A stretch of DNA of 64,000 nucleotides, taken from an uncultured Actinomycetota bacterium (GTDB lineage: Bacteria; Actinomycetota; Actinomycetes; Mycobacteriales; Mycobacteriaceae). The notes under the pieces are model-generated. The model was not told the DNA's origin. It saw only the letters and a list, made by a program, of their open reading frames with translations, and made no database searches. A program made the translations under genes and the position numbers. This document shows, one piece after another, positions 55,047 to 64,000 of the stretch; position 1 is the stretch's first letter, and every line of letters begins with the position of its first letter. Location: assembly GCA_963749375.1 (NCBI GenBank), contig CAVVNB010000009.1, positions 116,122 to 180,121 of the forward strand, written 5' to 3'.

Positions 55047-55919
55047 CTAAACCTCGGTGTACTCCACCGCGCCGTCCTCGAGTACCAGCCGGGCATTGCT
55101 GCCGTCGGCCCCGGCCGCTTCGGTACGGAACACCGCTTTACCGGGCTCGGTGCGCCAGATCAGCGTGGTCAGCGTTTCGCCGGGGAACACCGGTTTGGTG
55201 AATCGCGCATCGATGGCCGTGATGGCGCCGGCGTCGCCGTGGCCGAGTTCGGAGATCAGGGCGCGACCGGAGAACCCGTAGGTGCACAGGCCATGCATGA
55301 TCGGCTCGGGGAAGCCGGCCAGTTCCTTGGCGAACCACGGGTCACTGTGCAGCGGATTGCGGTCACCGGAGAGCCGGTAGATCAGCGGCTGGTCCTTGCG
55401 GGTCGTCAACGCGACACTGGCATCGGGCTCGCGGTCGGGGATCTCCGGAGCGGCCGGGCGCTCACCCGGCTGGCCCCCGAAGCCGCCCTCGCCCCGGATC
55501 ACCAGCGTGGTCAGGGTTTCGGCGATCAGTGTCCCGGTGTCCGGATCGCTGCCGCGACCACGCAACATGATGATCGCGTTCTTGCCTTCGCCCTTGTCCT
55601 GGATGTCGGCCACCTCGGTGACCACGGACAGCTTTCCGGCGGGCGGCAGCGGCGCGTGCAGCCGGATGCCTTGCGAACCGTGCAGCAGCATCGCCCAATT
55701 GAACGATCCGACCTTCCCGGCCGCCCCGAACGCCGGGCAGCAGATCACCGCATAGGTGGGCAAAACCTGCTGCTCGATGTCGTGGCTGTTCTCGGTGGTG
55801 AATTTCAAGTCGTCGAGGCCGGCGCCCACACCGAGGGCGTAGAGCAAGGTGTCGCGGTCGGTCCACTCGAACAACATGGGTTCGGTGGTCGCGCCGACGG
55901 CATTCGGGTCGATCGCCAT
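55047..55919 (-). CDS. htdY: Double-hotdog MaoC-type 3-hydroxyacyl-thioester dehydratase
   Basis: LLYALGVG, LHGSQ, YRLSGDRNPLHSDP, MHGLCTYG. Confidence 0.88.
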   Translation of the reverse strand: MAIDPNAVGATTEPMLFEWTDRDTLLYALGVGAGLDDLKFTTENSHDIEQQVLPTYAVICCPAFGAAGKVGSFNWAMLLHGSQGIRLHAPLPPAGKLSVVTEVADIQDKGEGKNAIIMLRGRGSDPDTGTLIAETLTTLVIRGEGGFGGQPGERPAAPEIPDREPDASVALTTRKDQPLIYRLSGDRNPLHSDPWFAKELAGFPEPIMHGLCTYGFSGRALISELGHGDAGAITAIDARFTKPVFPGETLTTLIWRTEPGKAVFRTEAAGADGSNARLVLEDGAVEYTEV

Positions 55920-56079
55920 GCGGGTCTCCTCTTCGGTCAGGTTCGCGGCTCATCCCTTTTAGCCCTCGCCATTCCACCACCCGATGATGCAATCGGCGAA
56001 GTGCGCCGCCGGTGTGATTTATTGAGCCAACCCAGGCAAACGCCCCACGTCGAAGGGCTCGGCAAGGCAGGCTATCGCC

Positions 56080-56790
56080 ATGCGCAATCGCACCCGCACC
56101 GTCATCTGGAAGGCCGCAGCCGTCCTGGCCGTCGTCATCACCGTCGGCGCCTGCTCGGGATCACCGCAGGTACGCAGCATCACCCTGACCTTCATCCGGC
56201 ATGCCGAGTCGCAGAGCAACGCCCAGCACGTCATCAACACCGACATTCCCGGCCCCGACCTCACCGAGGAGGGTCAGGGGCAAGCCGAGCAGCTCGCCCA
56301 CCAGCTCTCTCGTAACAACTTCGACGGCGTCTACGCCTCCAACATGGTGCGCACCCAGCAGACCGCAGCGCCGCTGGCCCGCGCGCTGGGCAAGCATGTC
56401 GAAATCCTGCCCGGACTGCGGGAAATCGACGCCGGGCGCTTCAACAACGTACCCACGAAGCGGGCCGATCTGACCTATCTGATCGCGCCGTCGCTGTGGC
56501 TCAAAGGCGACGTCAAGGACGCCGTTCCCGGCTCGATCAGCGGCGCCCAATTCAACGACCAGTTCAGCGCGGCCGTCCAAAAGATCTACGACAGCGGCAA
56601 CAGCAAGCCGGTCGCGTTCGCACACGCCGAGTCGATCATGTACTGGACGCTGATGAACGTGAAGAACCCGAAGGACAGCCTGGCGACCAGTCATCCGCTG
56701 CCCAACCTGGGCCGCGTGGTGATCACCGGCAGCCCCGCGCTGGGCTGGACGTTGGTCGACTGGGACGGGATCAAGGACTTCAGCTACTGA
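56080..56790 (+). CDS. lpqD: Histidine phosphatase-family lipoprotein
   Basis: Lipobox VGAC; RHAES; RTQQTA. Confidence 0.85.
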   Translation: MRNRTRTVIWKAAAVLAVVITVGACSGSPQVRSITLTFIRHAESQSNAQHVINTDIPGPDLTEEGQGQAEQLAHQLSRNNFDGVYASNMVRTQQTAAPLARALGKHVEILPGLREIDAGRFNNVPTKRADLTYLIAPSLWLKGDVKDAVPGSISGAQFNDQFSAAVQKIYDSGNSKPVAFAHAESIMYWTLMNVKNPKDSLATSHPLPNLGRVVITGSPALGWTLVDWDGIKDFSY

Positions 56791-56817
56791 CTTGAGCCGC
56801 CCTTCCACAGCGGTACG

Positions 56818-56831
56818 GTACTGGACAGTAC
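56818..56831. promoter_or_regulatory. Palindromic operator candidate for the TetR-mmpS-mmpL operon
   Basis: GTACTG-GA-CAGTAC. Confidence 0.55.
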
Positions 56832-56867
56832 TGCCCCCGCACCCCTAGGGTGGGCGCTGTGACTGGG

Positions 56868-57464
56868 ATGGCTCAGCGCGGGATGGCAGCGTCACCGTGG
56901 ACGCCGCGAGAAACCGAGTTGCTCGATGTGACCCTGCAGCTACTGCAGGAACACGGCTACGACCGGTTGACGTTGGACGCCGTCGCCGCCCGCGCCCGGG
57001 CCAGCAAGGCCACCGTCTACCGGCGCTGGCCGTCGAAGGCCGAACTAGTGTTGGCCGCATTCATCGAAGGCTGCCGGCAGATCGCGGTTCATCCCGAGAC
57101 CGGAACGCTGCGCGGCGATCTGCTGCATCTGGGATACGTGATCAGCCAGCAGACGCACGAGCAGGCGGGCATCATTCGCGCCGTACTCGTCGAGGTGTCA
57201 CGCCACCCCGCGCTGCACGACGCCATGCAGTCAGAGTTTCTGGATCAACGAAAAGCCCTTTTGCAGGATGTCCTGCACGACGCGGTCCTGCGCGGTGAGA
57301 TCGACGCCGTCGCTATCAGCGACGAACTCTGGGACCTGTTGCCGGGCTACCTGATCTTCCGGTCGATCATGCCCAACCGGCCGCCCACCGAGCGGACGGT
57401 GGAAGCCCTGATCGACGATGTGATCATCCCGAGCTTGACCCGCCACCGAAAGGGCAACGGGTGA
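56868..57464 (+). CDS. TetR/AcrR regulator
   Basis: GYDRLTLDAVAARARASKATVYRRWPSK, GTLRGDL; GTG 56850 is an alternative start. Confidence 0.9.
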   Translation: MAQRGMAASPWTPRETELLDVTLQLLQEHGYDRLTLDAVAARARASKATVYRRWPSKAELVLAAFIEGCRQIAVHPETGTLRGDLLHLGYVISQQTHEQAGIIRAVLVEVSRHPALHDAMQSEFLDQRKALLQDVLHDAVLRGEIDAVAISDELWDLLPGYLIFRSIMPNRPPTERTVEALIDDVIIPSLTRHRKGNG

Positions 57465-57907
57465 AACGGTTTTCGATAACAGATCTGATCCGGCGACGAT
57501 GGATGATCCTGGTCACTGTCGTCGTGGTGGCGCTCGCCGGGTTCGCGGTCGATCGACTGCACGGTGCCTTCGACTCGCACAAGAACGCAGCCCAAGGCGG
57601 CGGCGCCTCGAACGAGATCGTTCCGTTCAGCCCCAAGCAAGTCGTCTATGAGGTCTTCGGCAATCCCGGCGCCACGGCGACCATCAACTATCAGGATGTC
57701 CACGCCGCACCGCAACGGATCGACAACGCCCCGCTGCCGTGGTCCTACACGATCACCACCACCGATCCCGCAGTCATCGCCAACGTGGTTGCCCAAGGCA
57801 ACGGCAACACGCTGGGGTGCCGCATCACCGTCAACGGCATCGTCAAAGACGAAAGGACCGTGAACGAATTGAGCGCCTACACCTACTGCCTGGACAAGTC
57901 CGGATGA
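57461..57907 (+). CDS. mmpS: MmpS-family accessory protein
   Basis: N-terminal TM helix, YEVFG, LPWS, GCRITVNG, CLDKS. Confidence 0.92.
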   Translation: MKRFSITDLIRRRWMILVTVVVVALAGFAVDRLHGAFDSHKNAAQGGGASNEIVPFSPKQVVYEVFGNPGATATINYQDVHAAPQRIDNAPLPWSYTITTTDPAVIANVVAQGNGNTLGCRITVNGIVKDERTVNELSAYTYCLDKSG

Positions 57908-60795
57908 GCAACCATGGCGTGCGACGGCCACGCGTCCCCCGTGTCATTCACCGCCTTGCCGTACCCATCCTTCTGTTCTGGGTGGCCCTAGCGGCTATAC
58001 CGAATATCCTTGTGCCACAACTAGAAGAGGTCGGCAGGCTGCACAACGTCGGCCTCAGCTCGCCCGAGGCGCCGTCGTATCAGGCCTTCAAGCACATCGG
58101 CAAGGTGTTCCACGAGTTCGATACCGACAGTTCGGCAATGATCGTCTTGGAGGGCGACAAGCCGCTCGGCGCCGCCGCCCACAAGTACTACGACCAGTTG
58201 ATCCACAAGCTGGAGCAGGACACCAAGCACGTCCAGCACATCCAGGACTTCTGGGGAGACACGCTGACGGCGGCGGGATCGCAGAGCAGCGATGGAAAAG
58301 CCGCCTACGTTCAGCTCTTTCTGGATGGAGCCCAGGGCGAGGCATCGTCCAACGAGTCCGTCGACGCCGTCCGCGCCACCGTTGACCACATGCAGCCGCC
58401 ACCGGGCGTCAGGGCATACCTCACCGGTGCCGCCCCGCTGATCGCCGATCAATTCACCGAAGGCAATAAGGGATCCAACAAAGTCACCGCGATCACCATC
58501 GGCGTGATCGCCGTGATGCTGTTCTTCGTCTATCGATCGTTTTCCACCACGCTGTTGGTCCTGGCGACCGTCCTGATCGAGATGGCCGCGGCGCGCGGAT
58601 TCGTTGCCTTCCTTGGCAATGTCGGGATCCTGGGGCTGTCGACGTACGCCACCAATCTGCTGACATTGCTCGTAATCGCCGCCGGAACGGATTACGCGAT
58701 ATTTTTCGTCGGCCGATATCACGAGGCGCGCGGCGCCGGCGAAGAACGGGAAGACGCCTTCTACAGCATGTATCACGGCACCGCACATGTTGTCTTGGGC
58801 TCGGGTCTGACTGTTGCCAGCGCAGTGGCGTGCCTCAGTTTCACGCGGCTGCCCTACTTCCAAAGCCTGGGCCTGCCCGCGGCGATCGGAATCCTGGTGG
58901 CCCTGGCCGCCTCGCTTACGCTCGGCCCGGCCATTCTGACGATTGCCAGTCATTTCGGCCTGTTCGATCCCAAGCGCGTGCTGCAAACTCGCGGCTGGCG
59001 TCGCATCGGCACCGCCATTGTCCGTTGGCCCGCACCGATTCTCGTCGTTTCGATCGCCATCGCGCTCATTGGTCTGCTCGCCCTGCCCGGCTACAAGACC
59101 AGCTACGACACCCGGCCCTACATTCCCGCCTCTGCCGCGGCCAACGTCGGATACACCGCCGCCGAACGGCACTTCCCCCGCTCCCGGTTGGAGCCCGAAC
59201 TTCTGATGATCGAGGCCGACCACGACCTGCGGAATCCGGCCGACATGCTGGTGCTGGACAAGGTGGCCAAGGGCGTCGTGCACATACCCGGCATCGCTCA
59301 GGTGCAGTCCATCACCCGGCCATTGGGTGTCCCACTCGACCACAGCTCGATCGCGTTCCAGATCAGCCAGCAAAGCGTTGGCCAGGTGCAAAATCTGGAG
59401 TATCAAGCGGACCGCGCGCACGACTTACTCCGGCAGTCACAGGAACTCGATAAGACCATCGGTATCTTGCAGCAGCAGTACACCCTGCAACAGCAACTCG
59501 CCGGCGCCACACATGAAGAGACTCAGAAGTTCCACGAAACGCTGGCGATCATTTCCGAAGTGCGGGACAAGCTGGCGAATTTTGACGACTTCTTCCGGCC
59601 GCTGCACAGCTACTTTTACTGGGAGAAACATTGCTACGACATCCCAGCGTGCTTCGCGCTGCGCAATACCTTTGAGGCAATTGACAGTATCGATCAGCTC
59701 ACCGAGAAATTCGACGATCTGGTCGTCAGCCTGGACAAGCTCGATACGATCCAGCCGCAACTCGTCGGGCTGATACCGCCGCAGATCGCCAGCCAGGAAG
59801 TCAACCGCGAACTGACGTTGAAGAACTTCGCCACTAACCTCGGAATCAACAAACAGTCTGAGCTGGCGAACGACAATCCGGCCGCGCTGGGCCAGGCATT
59901 CGACAAGTCGAAGAACGACGACCTGTTCTATCTGCCGCCGGAAGTATTCGATAACCCCGACTTCAAACGTGGTCTGAAACTGTTTGTTTCACCCGACGGC
60001 AAAGCCGCTCGCATGATCATCACTCATGAAGGCGACCCGGCCGAGCCCGCGGCCATCTCGCACGTCGACCCGATCAAGCTGGCCGCGCACGAAGCGGTGA
60101 AGAACACTCCGTTGGCCGGTTCCAGTTTCTATCTCGGCGGTACCGCGTCGACCTACAAAGACATCGGCGACATGGAGAGTTACGACCTGCTGATCGTCAC
60201 CATCGCTTCGCTGAGCCTGATCCTGCTGATCATGATGATCATCACCCGCAGCCTGGTGGCCGCGATCGTGATCGTGGGTACGGTTGCGCTGTCGTTGGGC
60301 GCGTCGTTCGGGTTGTCGGTGCTGGTGTGGCAGTACTTCCTGGGCATCAAACTGTATTGGGTCATATTGGCTTTGGCGGTCATGATCCTGTTGGCCGTCG
60401 GGTCCGACTACAACCTGTTGCTGATCTCCCGCTTCAAGGAGGAAATCCACGCGGGACTCAAGACCGGCATCATCCGCGCGATGGCCGGCTCCGGTTCGGT
60501 GGTGACCGCCGCCGGAGTGGTGTTCGCCGTGACCATGTGCGGGTTCGTGTTCAGCGGTCTGCAGGTACTCGGCCAGATCGGCACCACCATCGGCCTGGGT
60601 CTGCTGTTCGACACCCTGATCGTCCGTTCCTTTATGACGCCGTCCATCGCCACGCTGCTCGGCCGCTGGTTCTGGTGGCCGCTACGGGTGCGCCCGCGGC
60701 CGGCCAGTTCCATGCTGCAGCCCTATGGATCACGGGCCGCTGTCCGTCAGCTGCTGCTGTGGGACGACGAAGACACCACGGTCATGTCGCGCTGA
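57904..60795 (+). CDS. mmpL: MmpL-family RND transporter
   Basis: QSSDGKAAYV, AAGTDY, FYWEKHCYDIPAC, AVGSDYNLLL, LGRWFWWP. Confidence 0.95.
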   Translation: MSNHGVRRPRVPRVIHRLAVPILLFWVALAAIPNILVPQLEEVGRLHNVGLSSPEAPSYQAFKHIGKVFHEFDTDSSAMIVLEGDKPLGAAAHKYYDQLIHKLEQDTKHVQHIQDFWGDTLTAAGSQSSDGKAAYVQLFLDGAQGEASSNESVDAVRATVDHMQPPPGVRAYLTGAAPLIADQFTEGNKGSNKVTAITIGVIAVMLFFVYRSFSTTLLVLATVLIEMAAARGFVAFLGNVGILGLSTYATNLLTLLVIAAGTDYAIFFVGRYHEARGAGEEREDAFYSMYHGTAHVVLGSGLTVASAVACLSFTRLPYFQSLGLPAAIGILVALAASLTLGPAILTIASHFGLFDPKRVLQTRGWRRIGTAIVRWPAPILVVSIAIALIGLLALPGYKTSYDTRPYIPASAAANVGYTAAERHFPRSRLEPELLMIEADHDLRNPADMLVLDKVAKGVVHIPGIAQVQSITRPLGVPLDHSSIAFQISQQSVGQVQNLEYQADRAHDLLRQSQELDKTIGILQQQYTLQQQLAGATHEETQKFHETLAIISEVRDKLANFDDFFRPLHSYFYWEKHCYDIPACFALRNTFEAIDSIDQLTEKFDDLVVSLDKLDTIQPQLVGLIPPQIASQEVNRELTLKNFATNLGINKQSELANDNPAALGQAFDKSKNDDLFYLPPEVFDNPDFKRGLKLFVSPDGKAARMIITHEGDPAEPAAISHVDPIKLAAHEAVKNTPLAGSSFYLGGTASTYKDIGDMESYDLLIVTIASLSLILLIMMIITRSLVAAIVIVGTVALSLGASFGLSVLVWQYFLGIKLYWVILALAVMILLAVGSDYNLLLISRFKEEIHAGLKTGIIRAMAGSGSVVTAAGVVFAVTMCGFVFSGLQVLGQIGTTIGLGLLFDTLIVRSFMTPSIATLLGRWFWWPLRVRPRPASSMLQPYGSRAAVRQLLLWDDEDTTVMSR

Positions 60796-60859
60796 TCCGC
60801 GCCGACGATCACGTCACACAGCGTTGACGTGCGGCCATACCGGGCGCACCATGTCTTGC

Positions 60860-62890
60860 ATGCGTTATGTCGTTACCGGCGGTACCGGGTTTATTGGGCG
60901 CCGCGTGGTGTCCCGTCTGCTAGACGCCCACCCGGACGCCGAAGTGTGGGTACTGGTTCGCCGCTCCTCGCTCGGCCGCTTCGAACGCCTGGCCGCAGCC
61001 TGGGGTGACCGAGCAAAGCCGCTGGTCGGCGAGCTCACCGAGCCGCATCTCGGGCTGACTGACGAGGCCCTCGCCGGGCTGGGCCCCGATGTCGACCACG
61101 TGGTGCACTGCGCGGCGATCTACGACGTCACGGCCGGCGAGGCCGAGCAACGCGAGGCCAACGTGGAAGGCACCCGGGCCGTCATCGAGCTGGCGCGCCG
61201 GCTCGACGCGACCCTGCATCACGTGTCGTCGATCGCGGTGGCCGGTGACTTCCACGGCGAGTACACCGAGGATGACTTCGACATCGGTCAGCAGCTGCCG
61301 ACGCCATATCACCAGACCAAGTTCGAGGCCGAACTGCTGGTGCGCTCGACGTCGGGACTGCGGTACCGGATCTACCGGCCGGCCGTCGTGGTGGGTGATT
61401 CACGCACCGGCGAGATGGACAAGGTCGACGGGCCGTACTACTTCTTCGGCATGCTGGCCAAGCTGGCCGCGCTGCCCCGGCTGACACCGATGATGTTGCC
61501 CGACACCGGCCGCACCAACATCGTCCCGGTTGATTACGTCGCCGACGCCCTGGTCGCATTGCTGCACGCCGACGGACGCGACGGTCACACGTTCCACCTC
61601 ACATCGCCGAAAACCATTGGGCTGCGGGGCATTTACCGGGGCGTCGCTGCCACAGCGGGCCTGCCGACGCTGCGCGGGTCGCTGCCCGCCTCAGTGGCGG
61701 CGCCGGTGCTCAAAGTGCGCGGGAGATCCAAGGTGTGGCGCAACATGGTCGCCACTCAACTGGGCATCCCCGGTGAGGTTCTCGACGTCGTCGATCTGGC
61801 ACCCACTTTCATCTCCGACAAGACGCAGAAAGCGTTGCGCGGCACCGGAATTTCGGTCCCCGCGTTCAGCAGCTACGCGCCGGCACTGTGGCGGTACTGG
61901 GCCGAGCATCTCGATCCCGACCGGGCCCGCCGCGACGATCCGGGGGGTCCGCTGGTCGGCCGGCACGTGATCATCACCGGAGCCTCCAGCGGTATCGGCC
62001 GGGCGGCGGCGGTGGCGGTCGCCGAACGCGGCGGATGCGTCTTCGCACTGGCCCGCAATGGGGACGCGCTCGATGATCTGGTTGAAGAGATTCGCGGCAA
62101 TGGCGGACAGGCCTACGCTTTCACCTGCGACGTCACCGATTCCGGGTCGGTGGAACACACGGTCAAAGACATCCTCGGCCGTTTCGGTCACGTGGATTAC
62201 CTGGTCAACAACGCGGGGCGGTCGATCCGCCGATCGGTGGTCAACCAGACCGACCGACTGCATGACTACGAAAGAGTGATGGCGGTCAATTACTTCGGCG
62301 CGGTGCGGATGGTGCTCGCGCTGCTGCCGCACTGGCGTGAGCGGCGCTTCGGTCACGTCGTCAATGTGTCCAGCGCCGGTGTGCAGGCCCGCAGCCCCAA
62401 GTACAGCGCTTACCTGCCCACCAAGGCCGCGCTCGACGCTTTCTCCGAAGTCGTTGCGACCGAAACCCTTTCTGATCACGTCACGTTCACCAACGTTCAC
62501 ATGCCGTTGGTGGCGACCCCCATGATCAAGCCGTCCCGGCGGCTCAACCCGGTTCCCCCGATCAGCCCCGAACATGCGGCCGCGATGGTGGTTCGCGGGT
62601 TGATCGACAAGCCGGCCCGGATTGATACCCCACTGGGCACGCTGTCCGAGGCGGGCCACTATTTCACCCCGAAGCTGTCGCGGAGAATCTTGCACCAGCT
62701 CTATCTCGGCTACCCGGATTCGGCCGCAGCGCGCGGCGAGACGCAGCCGGCTCCGGCTGATTCGAAAGGCGTTGTAGAACAGCAATCGTCGCGCCGACCG
62801 AAGCCGCCGGTCCGCGCCGCGGTTGCCCGCATGCGGGTCCCCGGCCCGGTCAAGCGTGTCGTGCGCCTGGTTCCTGGCGTGCACTGGTAA
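60860..62890 (+). CDS. acrA1: Fatty acyl-CoA reductase with two SDR domains
   Basis: TGGTGFIG, YHQTKFEAE, TGASSGIG, NNAGRSIRRS, YLPTK. Confidence 0.9.
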   Translation: MRYVVTGGTGFIGRRVVSRLLDAHPDAEVWVLVRRSSLGRFERLAAAWGDRAKPLVGELTEPHLGLTDEALAGLGPDVDHVVHCAAIYDVTAGEAEQREANVEGTRAVIELARRLDATLHHVSSIAVAGDFHGEYTEDDFDIGQQLPTPYHQTKFEAELLVRSTSGLRYRIYRPAVVVGDSRTGEMDKVDGPYYFFGMLAKLAALPRLTPMMLPDTGRTNIVPVDYVADALVALLHADGRDGHTFHLTSPKTIGLRGIYRGVAATAGLPTLRGSLPASVAAPVLKVRGRSKVWRNMVATQLGIPGEVLDVVDLAPTFISDKTQKALRGTGISVPAFSSYAPALWRYWAEHLDPDRARRDDPGGPLVGRHVIITGASSGIGRAAAVAVAERGGCVFALARNGDALDDLVEEIRGNGGQAYAFTCDVTDSGSVEHTVKDILGRFGHVDYLVNNAGRSIRRSVVNQTDRLHDYERVMAVNYFGAVRMVLALLPHWRERRFGHVVNVSSAGVQARSPKYSAYLPTKAALDAFSEVVATETLSDHVTFTNVHMPLVATPMIKPSRRLNPVPPISPEHAAAMVVRGLIDKPARIDTPLGTLSEAGHYFTPKLSRRILHQLYLGYPDSAAARGETQPAPADSKGVVEQQSSRRPKPPVRAAVARMRVPGPVKRVVRLVPGVHW

Positions 62891-62929
62891 GCGCCACGTC
62901 TGACGATTGCGCCGGGTTACCCTAAACCG

Positions 62930-64000
62930 GTGGGGGACGGCGGCGATCTGGACAGTACGATCGGCGGGGCCGAACTGGTCCGACGGGCGTTCGACAGCCT
63001 GCCGTCGTTCATCGTCGCTTTCGAGGGCCCAGATCACCGCTACGTTGCCGCAAATGCGGCGACCCGAGCAGCATTTCCCGCGGTCAGACTTGGCGTCCCG
63101 GCGCGTGAGTTGTTTCCCGAGTTCGAAGATCAGAATCTGATCGAGATCCTCAACCGGGTTTACCGCACGGGAGAGATCCAGCTTGGCCGCGAGTGGCGTT
63201 TCCAGTTCGACTTCGACGGATCGGGAACGATGCAGGAAGTCTGCGGCGATATCGTCGTCAGTCCCCGCAAGGGCGAAGACGGAAACATCGAAGGTACCCA
63301 GGTGATGCTGACCGATGCGACCGCGCAGGTGCAGGAGCGCCGGGCAGCCGAAGCGCGCGAAGCTGAACTGTCCGAGCTATACACGCAGGTACGGGATCTC
63401 GGAATGTTAGTCCAACGCGCCCTACTTTCACCGTCGCTGCCGGTGTTGCCGGGCGCGGACATCGCGGCCGAATATCTGGTGGCCACCCAGGACACCGGCG
63501 CCGGCGGCGACTGGTTCGAGGCGATGCCCGGACATTCCGGCAGCGTTTTTCTCGTCGTCGGCGACGTCGTCGGGCACGGCGTCGAGGCCGCCGCGGTGAT
63601 GGCGCAGCTGCGAACCGCGATTCGACTGCACCTTCTCGCCGGTCGAGGTATCGCCGAAAGCCTCACCGCAGTGGACGAATTCAGTAGGTTCGTGCCCGGC
63701 TCGAAGGCGACAACCCTGTGCATCGGCCGACTCGACGCAGGCACCGGATCCTTCGAATACTGCACCGCGGGACACCCTCCTCCGCTGCTGATCGCCGGCG
63801 ACAACCCACGGTTCCTCGCGCCGACCGGCGCGGGTCCATTGGGCAGCGGTATCGGTTTTTTCACCGCGGTCGAGTCGGTGGACGTGGGCGATGCCCTGCT
63901 GCTGTACAGCGACGGCATCGTCGAGCGCCCCGGCCGTCCGTTGTCGGCCAGCACCGCCGAATTCGCCGACATCGCGTCGCGCGTACTGGGTGGCTCGGCG
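62930..64000 (+). CDS. PAS plus SpoIIE/RsbU PP2C phosphatase (Rv1364c-like); 3' end outside the window and absent from the ORF track
   Basis: Manual translation: FEGPDHRYVAANAA, VQRALL, AGGDWFE, VVGDVVGHG, AGHPPP, LYSDGIVE; TACCCT -10 lies 6 nt before the GTG. Confidence 0.88.
   Translation, partial: MGDGGDLDSTIGGAELVRRAFDSLPSFIVAFEGPDHRYVAANAATRAAFPAVRLGVPARELFPEFEDQNLIEILNRVYRTGEIQLGREWRFQFDFDGSGTMQEVCGDIVVSPRKGEDGNIEGTQVMLTDATAQVQERRAAEAREAELSELYTQVRDLGMLVQRALLSPSLPVLPGADIAAEYLVATQDTGAGGDWFEAMPGHSGSVFLVVGDVVGHGVEAAAVMAQLRTAIRLHLLAGRGIAESLTAVDEFSRFVPGSKATTLCIGRLDAGTGSFEYCTAGHPPPLLIAGDNPRFLAPTGAGPLGSGIGFFTAVESVDVGDALLLYSDGIVERPGRPLSASTAEFADIASRVLGGSA

Noticed and set aside
60810-60831. CACGTCA-N8-TGACGTG between mmpL and acrA1
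   Set aside because: Short single palindrome; cannot distinguish terminator, operator or chance.

Overview
GC-rich mycobacterial chromosomal segment, largely collinear with the M. tuberculosis Rv3313c-Rv3391 neighbourhood (add-deoA-cdd, sdhCDAB, sigJ, dacB1-sugI-nagA, trpS, metC-metX, folD, mfp conservon, dnaE2, WS/DGAT-otsB, htdY, lpqD, acrA1). It has no PE/PPE genes, so it is probably a non-tuberculous Mycobacterium/Mycolicibacterium. Most genes are housekeeping. The non-coding signals are the most informative part: a guanidine-III and a SAM-IV riboswitch; an ECF41 (SigJ-type) promoter; LexA boxes at dnaE2 and at a 13E12/DUF222-HNH element, the latter also with a PafBC-like promoter and tandem DnaA boxes; an IS3-like element with a DnaA box next to the dnaE2 SOS promoter; several operator palindromes; a MIRU-like unit; and short unannotated ORFs upstream of metC, icd, the conservon sensor and an FAD monooxygenase. 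I count 17 frameshifts in 11 genes, 16 of them +1, most likely sequencing or assembly error. All family assignments come from motif recognition and recalled synteny, not database searches. I found no system I can confidently call new. The best leads are the DNA-damage/DnaA-wired 13E12 element and the uORF-bearing leaders.
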